Shown here: piece after piece, positions 41,656 through 51,799 of the stretch
Layout: each line of letters begins with the position of its first letter
Position numbering within the stretch: position 1 is the first letter of the stretch
NCBI GenBank assembly: GCA_965197745.1
Contig: CBDANS010000006.1
Location: 672,001-736,000 of the forward strand
Reading direction: 5' to 3'
Source of the DNA: Opitutales bacterium
GTDB taxonomy: Bacteria; Verrucomicrobiota; Verrucomicrobiia; Opitutales; PNEW01
DNA: 64,000 nt
Program-made: the position numbers and the translations under genes
The notes under the pieces: generated by a model
What the model saw: the letters and a program-made list of their open reading frames with translations, nothing else
Told to the model about the DNA's origin: nothing
The model's database searches: none

Positions 41656-42636
41656 ATGTACGTGGGAACTCAGTACTTCGGAACATCGAAAAAAGAAATG
41701 GAATTTTTAGCCCGTCACGGGGTGACCCATTTCGACGCCAGGGTTGATGGTATGGATGTGGACACGCTCATGCGCCATCGCGAAGAAGCAGCCACCTGCG
41801 GTGTGGAACTCGAGATGGTCCATATTAAGCCGTTGGACAGCATTCCTATGGCGAAGGACCCCCAGCGTGACAGAGATATCGAGACCGTGTGCAAGTACAT
41901 CGAGAACGCGGGCCGGGCGGGTCTTCGCGGGCTGAACTATAATTTCTGCGTCTTGCGGGCTGAACACGGAGGGGGGCTTGTCCAGCGTACCAAACGTCGG
42001 CCGGGTCGGGGCGGATCGACATACAGTTCGTTCGTGCTTTCAGAGTACGACAGCGAGACGCTTTCCGATGCTGGAGTCGTCAGCCGTGAGGAGGTGTTCG
42101 AGCGGGCGGCTTATTTTCTCGAGCGCATAATACCTGTAGCCGACGAATACAAGGTCCAAATGGCCTGTCACCTCAACGATCCACCCGCCCCCGTATTAAA
42201 CGGCGTGGAAAAGTGGGACTGGCCTGTCTTCGAGGGACTCAAACGCTTCAGTGAACTGGTAGACAGCCCCTACCACGGGTTCAATTTCTGCTGCGGGGTG
42301 GCCGCAGAAGGATTGGAGAATCCGGCTGAGGAACTGCCGGGGATTGTGAGGTACTTTGCCGAGCGCAAGAAAATTTTCAATGTCCACTTCAGGAATATAA
42401 AGGGGGGTCTGCACGACTTCTACGAGACCTGGCCCGATGAAGGTGATGTCAATATGTACCAGATCGCAAAGATCCTGCATGAAGCCGGCTATCCCTACAT
42501 GCTGATGCCCGATCACGCTCCGCATCATCCGGACGATGTAGCACCCGAAGGATATTCCAAGCGCATGACGCAGGGCTGGGCATTTCTTTTCGGCTACATC
42601 ATTGCGATGATTCAGGCCTTGGAAAACGAAAGTTGA
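41656..42636 (+). CDS. uxuA: Mannonate dehydratase-family protein
   Basis: YFLERIIPVA, HLNDPP, NFCCG, VHFRN, DEGDVNM, MPDHAP, FLFGYI. Confidence 0.78.
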   Translation: MYVGTQYFGTSKKEMEFLARHGVTHFDARVDGMDVDTLMRHREEAATCGVELEMVHIKPLDSIPMAKDPQRDRDIETVCKYIENAGRAGLRGLNYNFCVLRAEHGGGLVQRTKRRPGRGGSTYSSFVLSEYDSETLSDAGVVSREEVFERAAYFLERIIPVADEYKVQMACHLNDPPAPVLNGVEKWDWPVFEGLKRFSELVDSPYHGFNFCCGVAAEGLENPAEELPGIVRYFAERKKIFNVHFRNIKGGLHDFYETWPDEGDVNMYQIAKILHEAGYPYMLMPDHAPHHPDDVAPEGYSKRMTQGWAFLFGYIIAMIQALENES

Positions 42637-42908
42637 GCGGGTTGTCTGACGGCCATAGCATATCACTACACAGCGAAGGCTGTTCCTCAGCACGCTTCAC
42701 CTTCTTATTATCATTGCGAGGGAGCCTATCAGCCGACACGTGAAACGCGACATCTTCCATTCCAGGGGAAAGCCGGTCACGTATTGACATTCCCCTGGAA
42801 TGTGAAATGTCGCTGCGCTCGGTAGCCGCGTCGCGCTGCTCCTCTCAATGACAATAGAGGATTACTAAGATGAGAATTATACCCGATAACCGTTAGGATC
42901 AATCCGCA
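42558..42908 (+). repeat. Direct repeat copy 1 (uxuA 3' end + palindromic element + tail)
   Basis: Near-identical to 45254-45575. Confidence 0.9.
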
Positions 42909-42991
42909 ATCGTAACGAGGGGAAAGCCCGACATCTCACAAATCGGCAATCGTACGCGGGGCGAACCTCACCTGTCGTTCATTGCCTTGTA

Positions 42992-43045
42992 GCCCAACGC
43001 CTCAAATCAGCGGCGCGAAGCGTCTGCTCGATCCGCTGGTTAGCC
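42992..43045 (-). other. Integron attC site
   Basis: Minus strand GGCTAAC-CAGCG-GATCGAGC-AGACGC-TTC-GCGCC-GCTGATT-TGAGGC-GTTGGGC; R''/L''/L'/R' layout with an extrahelical base. Confidence 0.75.
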
Positions 43046-43067
43046 TCCGGAGTTTTCGACATAATAT

Positions 43068-45068
43068 TCAGTTGATCGTAATCGTCACGCTTCGGCCCGG
43101 TCGTTCCAGGTTACCGCTGTCGTCGACGGCTCGGCTCAAGATCGTGAAGGTTCCCGCCCGTGGCGGCAGCCACTGATAGTACCAGGTCTCGCGTCCAATT
43201 GCCGGATGCCAAGTGACACTGTTATCGAGAGATACTTCGACTGCGGCGACTTTTCCGCCGCCTGTGTCTTGAGCGGTGCCACTGATCATCAAGGTGCTAT
43301 GAGGCAGTGTCGCGCCTGAGCTGGGAACATGCACTGTCGAAGTTGGAGGTTCCTCGTCGGTGGACGCGATAGCCAGTGCAAGATCTTCTTGTAGCGTCGC
43401 CGGTTGCACACCCATGTCTGCAAACAGATTGATGGTGGCTTGTTGGATGTTCCTATCGGGCCCATTTGGATCGACGCCCACCCGGGTCGAGTCGGTATTA
43501 GCACGCTCCGGCGGTACCCCGGTCTCGGTATCGTGGTGGGCATCCAAACCCCAACCCCACTGCACGGTGCCCGCGCCGAAGACCAGGGCACCGCTATTGT
43601 GACGATAAAGCGTCAGATGGTGGGTCGCGGTGCCTGAGTCATATACCGCGCCGTGGTCCTGAATGTAGGGAACGTTGTCGATGGTTGTCTCGGACAGGCG
43701 AAACAAACCGGGTGGGCGAAAACCGTTGTCGAGGTCCTCGTCCCACTCATGACCGAGCAGGCCCTTGAGCAAGACTGCTCTTTCGCCCGGCTCGAGATTG
43801 GCAACCTCTGTGTTGCGCCAGAACCGCAAGGCGGCGTATTCGGCGGGCACGATGAGTGGGTCGTTGCGCCATGCGTTAACGGTGAAAATGGTGCCGGTTA
43901 GGGCGTTTTCCGGCTGCGGTCCCTCCGGATTAAAAGGTCGCGAGTCACGCCACGTCCCGGTCCAAACGTCGGCGACGGGGTCAGTCTTGGCGTTATCGCG
44001 CGTTTCCTTGTAGGTGACCAATGTCCGATGAGCGTTGCTTGAGGAGTCAATGCTTGGCTCCCAGCGGATTTTCCAAAAAACTTCATTGCCGCTGAAAAAG
44101 GCGAGGTGAACGCCCGCATCACGTGCCGCTTCGACATGTCGCCTTTGCTCAAGAGACCAGTATTCGTCGTGACCGACTGACAGAAACAGGCGGTGCTTGA
44201 GGATCTCTTCGCCGCGCCGATCGCTGTCGATACCGGTGAAGTAGCTGACGTCGTAGCCATTGGCCTCAAGCCATCGGATGAAAGGATACTCGGCATTGAA
44301 AACCATGTTGACGGCTCGGTAATGGCGGGTCTCGATCGGGCGGTTGTAGCTCACCTTGTAAGCGCGGGGCGGTCCGCCGTGTTCGCGTGGATTGTCCAGG
44401 TTAAGTCGGCCGTAGGTACAGTGGCCGCCATAGCGGTTGTAGGCCTGCCAGGTGGTATCCGAAGTTTGGAAGAGAATGTCAGAGCTGCCGTTGTCGTCCC
44501 GCACAACAAAATAGATATGGCTTGCTCGCGGTTCGCGCAACGCATTGGCAAGACGTCCATGTCCCAACGCTCCATAGGCATGTTGCGAGGCAGGTGGCCT
44601 CTCCGCCGGGCTTTCTCGACTATTGTCCGCACGCCAGCCCGCAGGGTCGGAATCCTGTCGTACCAGGCGCGCGAAATAGAATCCCGATGTGGCGTCTGAC
44701 GGCGCTTGCCAGGAAGCCGAGACAGCCCAGTTGCCGCAATCGTAGAGGTGAGTGGTCGAGTCCGTCATACATTCCGGCTGAAGTTGGGGGAGAGAGATCG
44801 ACGGCTTGATGGTGTCGACACGACGTGCGCCCAGCCCACCATAGAAACCCATTCGATAAATGTCGATCCGATAGTCGGTCGAGTCCGTTTTGATCTTGAA
44901 GAAGATCGTCTCACCCTGATTGATGCTGATGTCGTGGCCGAAGCCCTGGATCGTCGGATCGCCCCAGCCGTTAATATCCCACTCGGTTGCGGGATCGCCC
45001 GGTAGGCAGTTTTCTAGGACTATACTGTTGGCGGGTTGTGGGCCGCGATCTATCGGTTCTTGACTCAT
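43068..45068 (-). CDS. N,N-dimethylformamidase beta-subunit-like (DUF6605) protein with C-terminal Ig-like domain, in a gene cassette
   Basis: IDIYRMGFYGG, TWQAYN.YGG, VSYNRP, SVGHDEYWS, VFGAGTVQW, SRAVDDSGNLE. Confidence 0.8.
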   Translation of the reverse strand: MSQEPIDRGPQPANSIVLENCLPGDPATEWDINGWGDPTIQGFGHDISINQGETIFFKIKTDSTDYRIDIYRMGFYGGLGARRVDTIKPSISLPQLQPECMTDSTTHLYDCGNWAVSASWQAPSDATSGFYFARLVRQDSDPAGWRADNSRESPAERPPASQHAYGALGHGRLANALREPRASHIYFVVRDDNGSSDILFQTSDTTWQAYNRYGGHCTYGRLNLDNPREHGGPPRAYKVSYNRPIETRHYRAVNMVFNAEYPFIRWLEANGYDVSYFTGIDSDRRGEEILKHRLFLSVGHDEYWSLEQRRHVEAARDAGVHLAFFSGNEVFWKIRWEPSIDSSSNAHRTLVTYKETRDNAKTDPVADVWTGTWRDSRPFNPEGPQPENALTGTIFTVNAWRNDPLIVPAEYAALRFWRNTEVANLEPGERAVLLKGLLGHEWDEDLDNGFRPPGLFRLSETTIDNVPYIQDHGAVYDSGTATHHLTLYRHNSGALVFGAGTVQWGWGLDAHHDTETGVPPERANTDSTRVGVDPNGPDRNIQQATINLFADMGVQPATLQEDLALAIASTDEEPPTSTVHVPSSGATLPHSTLMISGTAQDTGGGKVAAVEVSLDNSVTWHPAIGRETWYYQWLPPRAGTFTILSRAVDDSGNLERPGRSVTITIN

Positions 45069-45253
45069 ATGTACCCGTTCTAGTTTATGCCATCACAACG
45101 TGTGCCAAATGACATTGTTCATGCCTCCGAAGTAATGCGGGCTAACATTAGATTAGCCAACAGGCTTTCGAGATAACCTCCGCTATCGCGAGGGGAAAGG
45201 CAACTGGCAAATCTAAAAGAGAGTCGAAGGTCCAAAGTCGAAAGCGGAGAGCG

Positions 45254-45575
45254 CAAGCGCATGACGCAGGGCTGGGCATTTCTTTTCGGCTACATCATTG
45301 CGATGATTCAAGCCTTGGAGAACGAAAGTTGAACGGGTTGCCTGTCACGCTTCACCTTCTTATTGTCATTGCGAGGGAGGCTATCAGCCGACAGTGGCTA
45401 CCGAACGTGAAACGCGACATCTTCCATTCCAGGGAAAAGCCGGTTACGTATTGACATTCCCCTGGATTGTGAAATGTCGCTGCGCTCGGTAGCCGCGTCG
45501 CGCTGCTCCTCGCAATGACAATAGAGGATTACTAAGATGAGAATTATACCCGATAACCGTTAAGATCAATCCGCA
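45254..45575 (+). repeat. Direct repeat copy 2 (orphan uxuA 3' fragment + palindromic element)
   Basis: CAAGCGCATGACGCAGGGCTGGGCATTTCTTTTCGGCTACATCATTGCGATGATTCA... matches 42558 onward. Confidence 0.9.
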
Positions 45576-45591
45576 TTCCGCAATCGATAGA

Positions 45592-47811
45592 TCATTCTAT
45601 CGTGATCTCATCAATATTCACCGCGATCTCGTCACCGTCCTCGTTGGCGAATGTGGCATCGATGCTCTGTGTCGGTTGAGGGGTGTTGTCGGATTTGAAG
45701 TTGTTCTGGGTGATCAAGGTTTCAAACCCGGTGGTTGTTGAACCACTCTCCGCGACTACGACTGCGGCATCATTTGTCTGCACCAGATCTCCGCCGGTGA
45801 TACGCAATCCCGGATTGCCAGCCGGCACCGTGAAGGAACCATCCGCAAACAGTAAATGCGGAACCGCGTCGCCACTGGCATCGATATCACCGACGGTTAA
45901 GCGCACCGCAATCGGGACTCCTCGCGCATCGACACCGACTTTTCCGGTGCTTCCAGAAAAAACAGTGTTCGACAACTGCATCCCTCCCATACCCGTGGAG
46001 TTAATCACTTCCACAAGGGTGACGTCCGCCTGGGCATCATAGACCTGTCCCTCCGGAAAGAGGGCCTGGTTCACGGCGTTGATCGATCCTACCGTAAAGA
46101 TACTGAAGAAGGTGTCGGCGTCCGCTCCGTCGATAACCACGCTCGGCTTGCCTGTAACGTACTCTACTGCCTGGTTGTAGCGCGGGGGAATGGCCGGTGG
46201 CAGGAAGGTGGCCGGGTCGAGGGTAACGGTAAAAGTCCCTGTGCCGGAGAACTCTACCTGTACAATGTCCTCGTTTTCATCCATGAAGGAGACCCGTGTA
46301 ATTTGTCCCGGTCTGGCCTGTAGCTGGATGGATTCACCCGTGAGTAAAATCTGGTCGAAGACATTACCGTTAGGGTGCTGAATATTTTCTCCGGCGATGT
46401 CTCCCGAGCCGTCGAGAACGAGGGGGACAGAAGGAGCGGCTACGGTAATGACAGCAGTATCACTGTCAGCGCTACCTCCGGCGTTGTTTATCTGTACCCA
46501 GAAGTTCGTGTTCGCGGTGAGAGCGCCGGTGGTGTAAGTGCTGCCGGTTGCTCCGGCAACGGGGTTGGCGGTGTCACCGCTGTTACCCGTATACCACTGG
46601 TAAGTCAGGTCGTCGCCACTGGCAGCGACGGACAGGCTCGCCGAAGCGCCCGACTGCACTTCCTGGCTGGCGGGATGGGTAGTTATGGATGGACCCTGTG
46701 CGGGAGGTGGTTCACCACCACTACCCGGTGCGCCGATGGGGGTATAACCGATGTCGTCCATGCTAATGCTATCAACATTTCCCGTTGTCGAAGTGATCGT
46801 CGTGTTCGTATAGTGGACACTTCCAATTCCCCCCGGAGCGCCTAATGCCACCGCATTGAAGTCGAAATAGGTAAATGGTTGACTAAATTCAACACTTATA
46901 TTCATGCCGATGTCGTCGGTCGATGTGAGCAAGTTACCTTCGGGATCGAAGATTTCAATTAAGCCATCGTTCTCAAAAAATACCGCGGCATAGAATTGTA
47001 CCTGAGCAACCGGGGTTTCAAATTCAATTACGCCGGTCGCTTCTTCAACCGGTTGGCCTGAGATCTCGGCAGCGACAACACCCCAAAACCAGCCGTCCGC
47101 CCCGGGTAAGGTATGGTAAAAAAATTGTGGACCTTTTGAGACGACACCACCCGTAACGGTGGCAGTGTACGGGGGAAAGCCTATAGTAAAATTACTTTTA
47201 CTACCATTAGGTGGTAAAAAAATCGCACGTTCCGCAGCCATCTCAAAATCATCAAATACTGTATTATTGGGCGGTCCTTCCACATAGGTAAATCCAAGGT
47301 CATCGATGGCGACTTGTCCTCCTGGATTGACGATCTTAATTTCTGTTACACCACTCGTAAAATTCAAATCCGTTAAATCCTGAATATCCCCGCTGAAGGC
47401 AACGAAGCTTTGCAGACCGGGGGTGGCTGGCAAACCGTTCACCACACCTGCTGGGGCAAGAGTAATAAAATTTTTATCTCTGAGTTCGATCCTGCCACCC
47501 CCCAGTGTGTCAGTAGCGTAGAACTGAAGCAGGTTTACCCCTCTTTCAAATAAAATTTTATGATCTGAAGCACTTGGATCGAGGACCAATGCTCGACTGC
47601 CCGAGTTAGCGAGACTGGATTCTACTCCATCTTGCAGAATGAAGCCAATTACGCGGATAGTAAAGGGCGCTTCCCCGATGATGAATTCCGATCCTTCAGC
47701 AGTAACATTTTCAAAATCGAAAAAAGTATCGAGATCCTGAGGTTCAGCTATTAGAAGAACGGGTAATACTATTAATATTAATAAAAAAGAACTACAATAT
47801 TTTAAGCTCAT
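45592..47811 (-). CDS. Secreted protein: two N-terminal beta domains + Ig-like domain + conserved C-terminal domain (copy 2)
   Basis: Signal peptide; two units with QFYA...IDD/MDDxGF/YT; PSITTHPASQ..YQWY; C-terminal domain from LVLDGSGD (~46422). Confidence 0.8.
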   Translation of the reverse strand: MSLKYCSSFLLILIVLPVLLIAEPQDLDTFFDFENVTAEGSEFIIGEAPFTIRVIGFILQDGVESSLANSGSRALVLDPSASDHKILFERGVNLLQFYATDTLGGGRIELRDKNFITLAPAGVVNGLPATPGLQSFVAFSGDIQDLTDLNFTSGVTEIKIVNPGGQVAIDDLGFTYVEGPPNNTVFDDFEMAAERAIFLPPNGSKSNFTIGFPPYTATVTGGVVSKGPQFFYHTLPGADGWFWGVVAAEISGQPVEEATGVIEFETPVAQVQFYAAVFFENDGLIEIFDPEGNLLTSTDDIGMNISVEFSQPFTYFDFNAVALGAPGGIGSVHYTNTTITSTTGNVDSISMDDIGYTPIGAPGSGGEPPPAQGPSITTHPASQEVQSGASASLSVAASGDDLTYQWYTGNSGDTANPVAGATGSTYTTGALTANTNFWVQINNAGGSADSDTAVITVAAPSVPLVLDGSGDIAGENIQHPNGNVFDQILLTGESIQLQARPGQITRVSFMDENEDIVQVEFSGTGTFTVTLDPATFLPPAIPPRYNQAVEYVTGKPSVVIDGADADTFFSIFTVGSINAVNQALFPEGQVYDAQADVTLVEVINSTGMGGMQLSNTVFSGSTGKVGVDARGVPIAVRLTVGDIDASGDAVPHLLFADGSFTVPAGNPGLRITGGDLVQTNDAAVVVAESGSTTTGFETLITQNNFKSDNTPQPTQSIDATFANEDGDEIAVNIDEITIE

Positions 47812-47904
47812 GCTCGACTCCTTATTCGTTGGCTCATATTTAATAAATAGATATTCCTGTTTGGGTCAATGGTTGTGAAAAACCCGAAAGCCTTAGCTTT
47901 TATA

Positions 47905-49833
47905 TCAGTGGTCCTGTGGAATCACCGGCAGCACGATGTGCGACGGCCGCGTTCGATCCATGTGGATGGTGTTATGCGCTATTAATGTGTGCGTATGCCG
48001 ACCTACAGGTTCTCCGGTGTTAGGATTTACATCCAACCTTGGAAAATTGCTGCTCGATATATCGAGCCGGATCCGATGTCCCGCCTTAAACAGGTTGCTC
48101 GTCGCGGGAAGCGTGATCTTCAAAGGATAAACCTGATCCGGTTCCATCATCTCCGGTACGGTCCATGAATTTCGATAGCGGCACCTGAGTATCGTGTCGG
48201 TCAGGTTCATTCGATATCCATTTGGATAATCCTCGTTCTGGGGATATACGTCGACCAGCTTCGCGGTGAAATCCGTGTCACCCGCGGTCGATGAAACCCA
48301 GAGATTGACGACTACCTGTCCCGTAACTTCAACATCCATTTCCAGCGGATCGGTTTGAAATACGATAACATCAGGACGCTCTTCCAGGAGTTGATATGGG
48401 GACTCAACTCCGACCATCCATTCAGCCTCGACCTGGTCGAATGGCCCCCACGGAACAATCTGTTCCCAGTAATTGCTGTAATAGGAGATCCGTTCGCCAA
48501 ATGGCGGGACTTCCGAAAATCCCCCCCGCGGCTGAGTAATTCCAGCGAGATGGGCCATATTTCCACCTGCGGTTGGAACCGGATTCTGAGGGTTATATTC
48601 GAACGTGATCGAATCTTTATCAGATTGAGATTTCCTGTCGGATAACTTGAAATCCGATTTCAAAAAGAGTAATCGAAGCATTGTCCGCTTAATCGGCCAC
48701 TCCATCTCTGCCCGCCAACTGCCGCCGTGGTCGAGAAGCCCATCCGACGTTTTACGACCCGTGCCTCCGCCCATTACGAAAATTTTGACGGGTGAGTCTT
48801 TATCAACTCCATGGGCCACACCTTTCAGCCACTGATCAAACCATCGCCGTCGAATTTCACTGTGTACCGGGTAACCCCACTGAGCATCCCTACCGAATTC
48901 GGCGTCACCGAGTGACGTGGTGTTAATGCGCATGGTTCCGTGTCCCCACGGTCCGATTAACAGACGGGAGGGCTTACTGTTTCGAGCAACCATCGCTTCA
49001 AAGTATCCTGTCGAGGCATCGATGAACGGGTCGAACCAGCCACCTGTAATCAAGCACGGAATGTCAGCGTGGTGATCCCAGTAGGGCGTCTGATCATTGC
49101 ACTCCTGCGCCCACCATTCGTCATATTCACCTCGCCAGTAATAATTGAAAAGTGTCTCTTCAAGATAAGGCGACGCGGCCAGTGAAATTTTCCCCTTTTG
49201 GAGTGGCATGTTCTGCATTGTTGTTCGGGCATTCTTCAACCCTTCTACGAGCGTTTGCACCGCTTCAGGATTGTCCCGATTTTCCTGGGCATCCAGACCG
49301 TGCATGTAAATTGCCGTGTACATGTGCAGCGCCATGGCCCCGCCCTCTCGGGCTTCATGTAAGTAGATGTTCGTCGGTCCCTGTTCAGGGCAAATAGTCG
49401 TCAGGTGAGGGGGTTGATGTAGTGCGGCCTGCGTCTGAACAATCGCGCGATGCGAACTGCCCATCAATCCCACATGGCCATTCGACCAGGGTTGCGCAGC
49501 AACCCACTCGATTGCGTCATACCCGTCATCGCCATCCCAGAGGTTGCAGGTGTGGTAGTAACGCCCGTCGCCCTCTGATTTATAACGGGATCGAAGATCC
49601 TGAAGAATGAATACATAGCCATATTCTACGTACTGCGAGGGCACACCGTCCCATTCGGACGCTGTTTTGTTGTAGGAGGTACGAACCATTATTGTCGGCC
49701 AATTGCCATCCGACCGCTTTCCATCCATTCCGGCGGGAAAATAAATGTCCGTTGCCAGCCGAATTCCGTCACGCATCGGAACCATCACGTTAGATTCAAG
49801 ACAAATGTTATAGAGTGGATCTTTACCGGCCAT
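47905..49833 (-). CDS. CocE/NonD-family serine hydrolase
   Basis: VPMRDGIRLATDIY, DGYDAIEWVAAQPWSNG, GSSH, GWFD, IGPWGH, ISSSNFPR. Confidence 0.9.
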   Translation of the reverse strand: MAGKDPLYNICLESNVMVPMRDGIRLATDIYFPAGMDGKRSDGNWPTIMVRTSYNKTASEWDGVPSQYVEYGYVFILQDLRSRYKSEGDGRYYHTCNLWDGDDGYDAIEWVAAQPWSNGHVGLMGSSHRAIVQTQAALHQPPHLTTICPEQGPTNIYLHEAREGGAMALHMYTAIYMHGLDAQENRDNPEAVQTLVEGLKNARTTMQNMPLQKGKISLAASPYLEETLFNYYWRGEYDEWWAQECNDQTPYWDHHADIPCLITGGWFDPFIDASTGYFEAMVARNSKPSRLLIGPWGHGTMRINTTSLGDAEFGRDAQWGYPVHSEIRRRWFDQWLKGVAHGVDKDSPVKIFVMGGGTGRKTSDGLLDHGGSWRAEMEWPIKRTMLRLLFLKSDFKLSDRKSQSDKDSITFEYNPQNPVPTAGGNMAHLAGITQPRGGFSEVPPFGERISYYSNYWEQIVPWGPFDQVEAEWMVGVESPYQLLEERPDVIVFQTDPLEMDVEVTGQVVVNLWVSSTAGDTDFTAKLVDVYPQNEDYPNGYRMNLTDTILRCRYRNSWTVPEMMEPDQVYPLKITLPATSNLFKAGHRIRLDISSSNFPRLDVNPNTGEPVGRHTHTLIAHNTIHMDRTRPSHIVLPVIPQDH

Positions 49834-49957
49834 AGGTTACCTTATTTTCCCTTGGATAGGATAGGTTTCAATTTAAAACTCAAGCAGCAGGGAAAAATAC
49901 ACTGAGAACAACTCACCATGAAGGTGATTGATCATATAAGTAAAAAAATGAGAAAAA

Positions 49958-50767
49958 ATGGTAACATTTTTACCCATTCGCTCCATGATTGACTTAAATA
50001 AATTTCCGATTCCTAAACCTATTAGCGAAATTATTCAGGGGGCTTTGCAGGAAGAAGTGGCCTTAGGAGAATCGAAGTCTACCATTTTTCGTGTACACCG
50101 TAATGGGAAAGAAGATTTATATCTTAAACTGGCAGCTGAAAATACAGCCGAACCTATAAAACCCGAAGTGGAGAGACTGAATTGGTTGATTCAGTTCGTG
50201 AATGTACCTCGAGTATGGCACTATGAAATGTCTAACGGGTACGAATTTCTTTTGATGTCCACGATTGCTGGTGTTCCCTCTCACGAAGCAATTGAAAATA
50301 AAAGTCAGACTATCCGGGAATGCGCGCGTGGGCTTAAGCTCATACACGACATTCCCGTATCACAGTGCCATTTTGATAATCGCCTGGATATAAAATTAGA
50401 TAAGGCAAGAAAACGGGTTGAACAAAAAATCGTGGATGAGCATGATTTCAGTCCTGAAAGGTATGGACAGAAAGCCGAGGATTTATTTCGTGAGGCAATG
50501 CGATACCGCACTGAATCCGAGGACCTTGTCGTCACTCACGGCGATTATTGTATGCCTAATATAATCATCCGGGATGGACATTTAAGCGGGTTTGTCGATC
50601 TTTCCGGTGTCGGGATTGCTGATCGATACCAGGATCTGGCTCTTGCCGTTCGAAGTATTGAAAGAAATTTTTCGAAAGATTGGAATAGAGTGTTTTTCGA
50701 AGAATACGGATCCACGCCAAATGCGAAAAAGATTGAATATTATAAGCTGTTGGACGAACTTTTTTAA
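49958..50767 (+). CDS. aph(3'): APH(3')-like aminoglycoside phosphotransferase
   Basis: LYLK, EVERLNWL, HGDYCMPN, GFVD, GIADRYQDLALA, YYKLLDELF; the true start may be ATG 49985. Confidence 0.82.
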   Translation: MVTFLPIRSMIDLNKFPIPKPISEIIQGALQEEVALGESKSTIFRVHRNGKEDLYLKLAAENTAEPIKPEVERLNWLIQFVNVPRVWHYEMSNGYEFLLMSTIAGVPSHEAIENKSQTIRECARGLKLIHDIPVSQCHFDNRLDIKLDKARKRVEQKIVDEHDFSPERYGQKAEDLFREAMRYRTESEDLVVTHGDYCMPNIIIRDGHLSGFVDLSGVGIADRYQDLALAVRSIERNFSKDWNRVFFEEYGSTPNAKKIEYYKLLDELF

Positions 50768-50887
50768 GAATACTAAACACGCGCACTTCTCCCTTAACCC
50801 TCTCGTCAGGAGTTTTCGAAATGTAAATTCCTTCTGACCGGATCGTGACAAAATAAGTCGCCTGTTTTCATTCTAAAAATTTCGACG

Positions 50888-51658
50888 ATGTTAATCGATA
50901 ACCCCCATGGCAACTATCGGTTTTTAACTGGCATTGCTCCCTACTCAAGTGGTGTCGTGGCAATGCCGGGATTTGAGATTGTCCATATCAATCTCCTGCA
51001 ACCGATAGCATACCTCCAGGGTTTCGAATGGATTGCCCGCCATCTGACCGCGGCACACCGACCACCCCATTCGCTCTGCAGTATCGAACTTCGCCTTCCC
51101 GCACCGCTCAGCTTTGAAGGTTTTTCTGATTTCAATATGAAATACCAGTCAATCTTGACTGAATGGGATCTGCTACTCGACGGCCGCAATCCCGTCGCGC
51201 GGACCAATATCGCCCCTGCCGTACAGCCGCCTGAAGAACCGTCGCTTTACGCCTTTGCTTACACAGTTCCCTCTGAAGATGATGTCACAACATCCACGTT
51301 TATCGTAGCCGGCGCAGGTGATTTGATTGATCAAGGCAATCTTTCACCCACCGCGATTGTGCGACCGAATGAGACATCCGACGAAGCCCTGCGCGAAAAA
51401 GCTATGATCGTTATGAACGTCATGCAGACACGTATGGACGGTCTTCAGGTTGACTGGGCCGCAGCAACGACTATCGATGTTTACACTGTTTACCCCTTGT
51501 ACCCTGTTCTCGTCGACACCGTGCTTAGCCAGGTGGGGTGCGCCGCGGTCCATGGTGTCCATTGGCACTTCGGGCATCCTCCCATTGAAGGACTTGCCTT
51601 TGAAATGGATCTTCGCGGGGTTCGGGAAGAAAAATGGATAGATACTGAAGGAATGTAA
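50888..51658 (+). CDS. CnbZ-like (2-amino-5-chloromuconate deaminase / RidA-related) protein
   Basis: YRFLTGIAPYSSGV, ELRLPAP, NPVARTN, FIVAGAG, PPIEGLAFEMDLRGV. Confidence 0.65.
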   Translation: MLIDNPHGNYRFLTGIAPYSSGVVAMPGFEIVHINLLQPIAYLQGFEWIARHLTAAHRPPHSLCSIELRLPAPLSFEGFSDFNMKYQSILTEWDLLLDGRNPVARTNIAPAVQPPEEPSLYAFAYTVPSEDDVTTSTFIVAGAGDLIDQGNLSPTAIVRPNETSDEALREKAMIVMNVMQTRMDGLQVDWAAATTIDVYTVYPLYPVLVDTVLSQVGCAAVHGVHWHFGHPPIEGLAFEMDLRGVREEKWIDTEGM

Positions 51659-51799
51659 TATTAATTATGCAGCTACAGGGGCATTGGTTGATCATAACCG
51701 CTAAGAAATATGAGTAATATTCAAGTAATCGTATGCTGGTAAGCGACGAATTGAGGGAAATTTTAACCATTCAGAAGATGATGATTAGCAATAGACATT

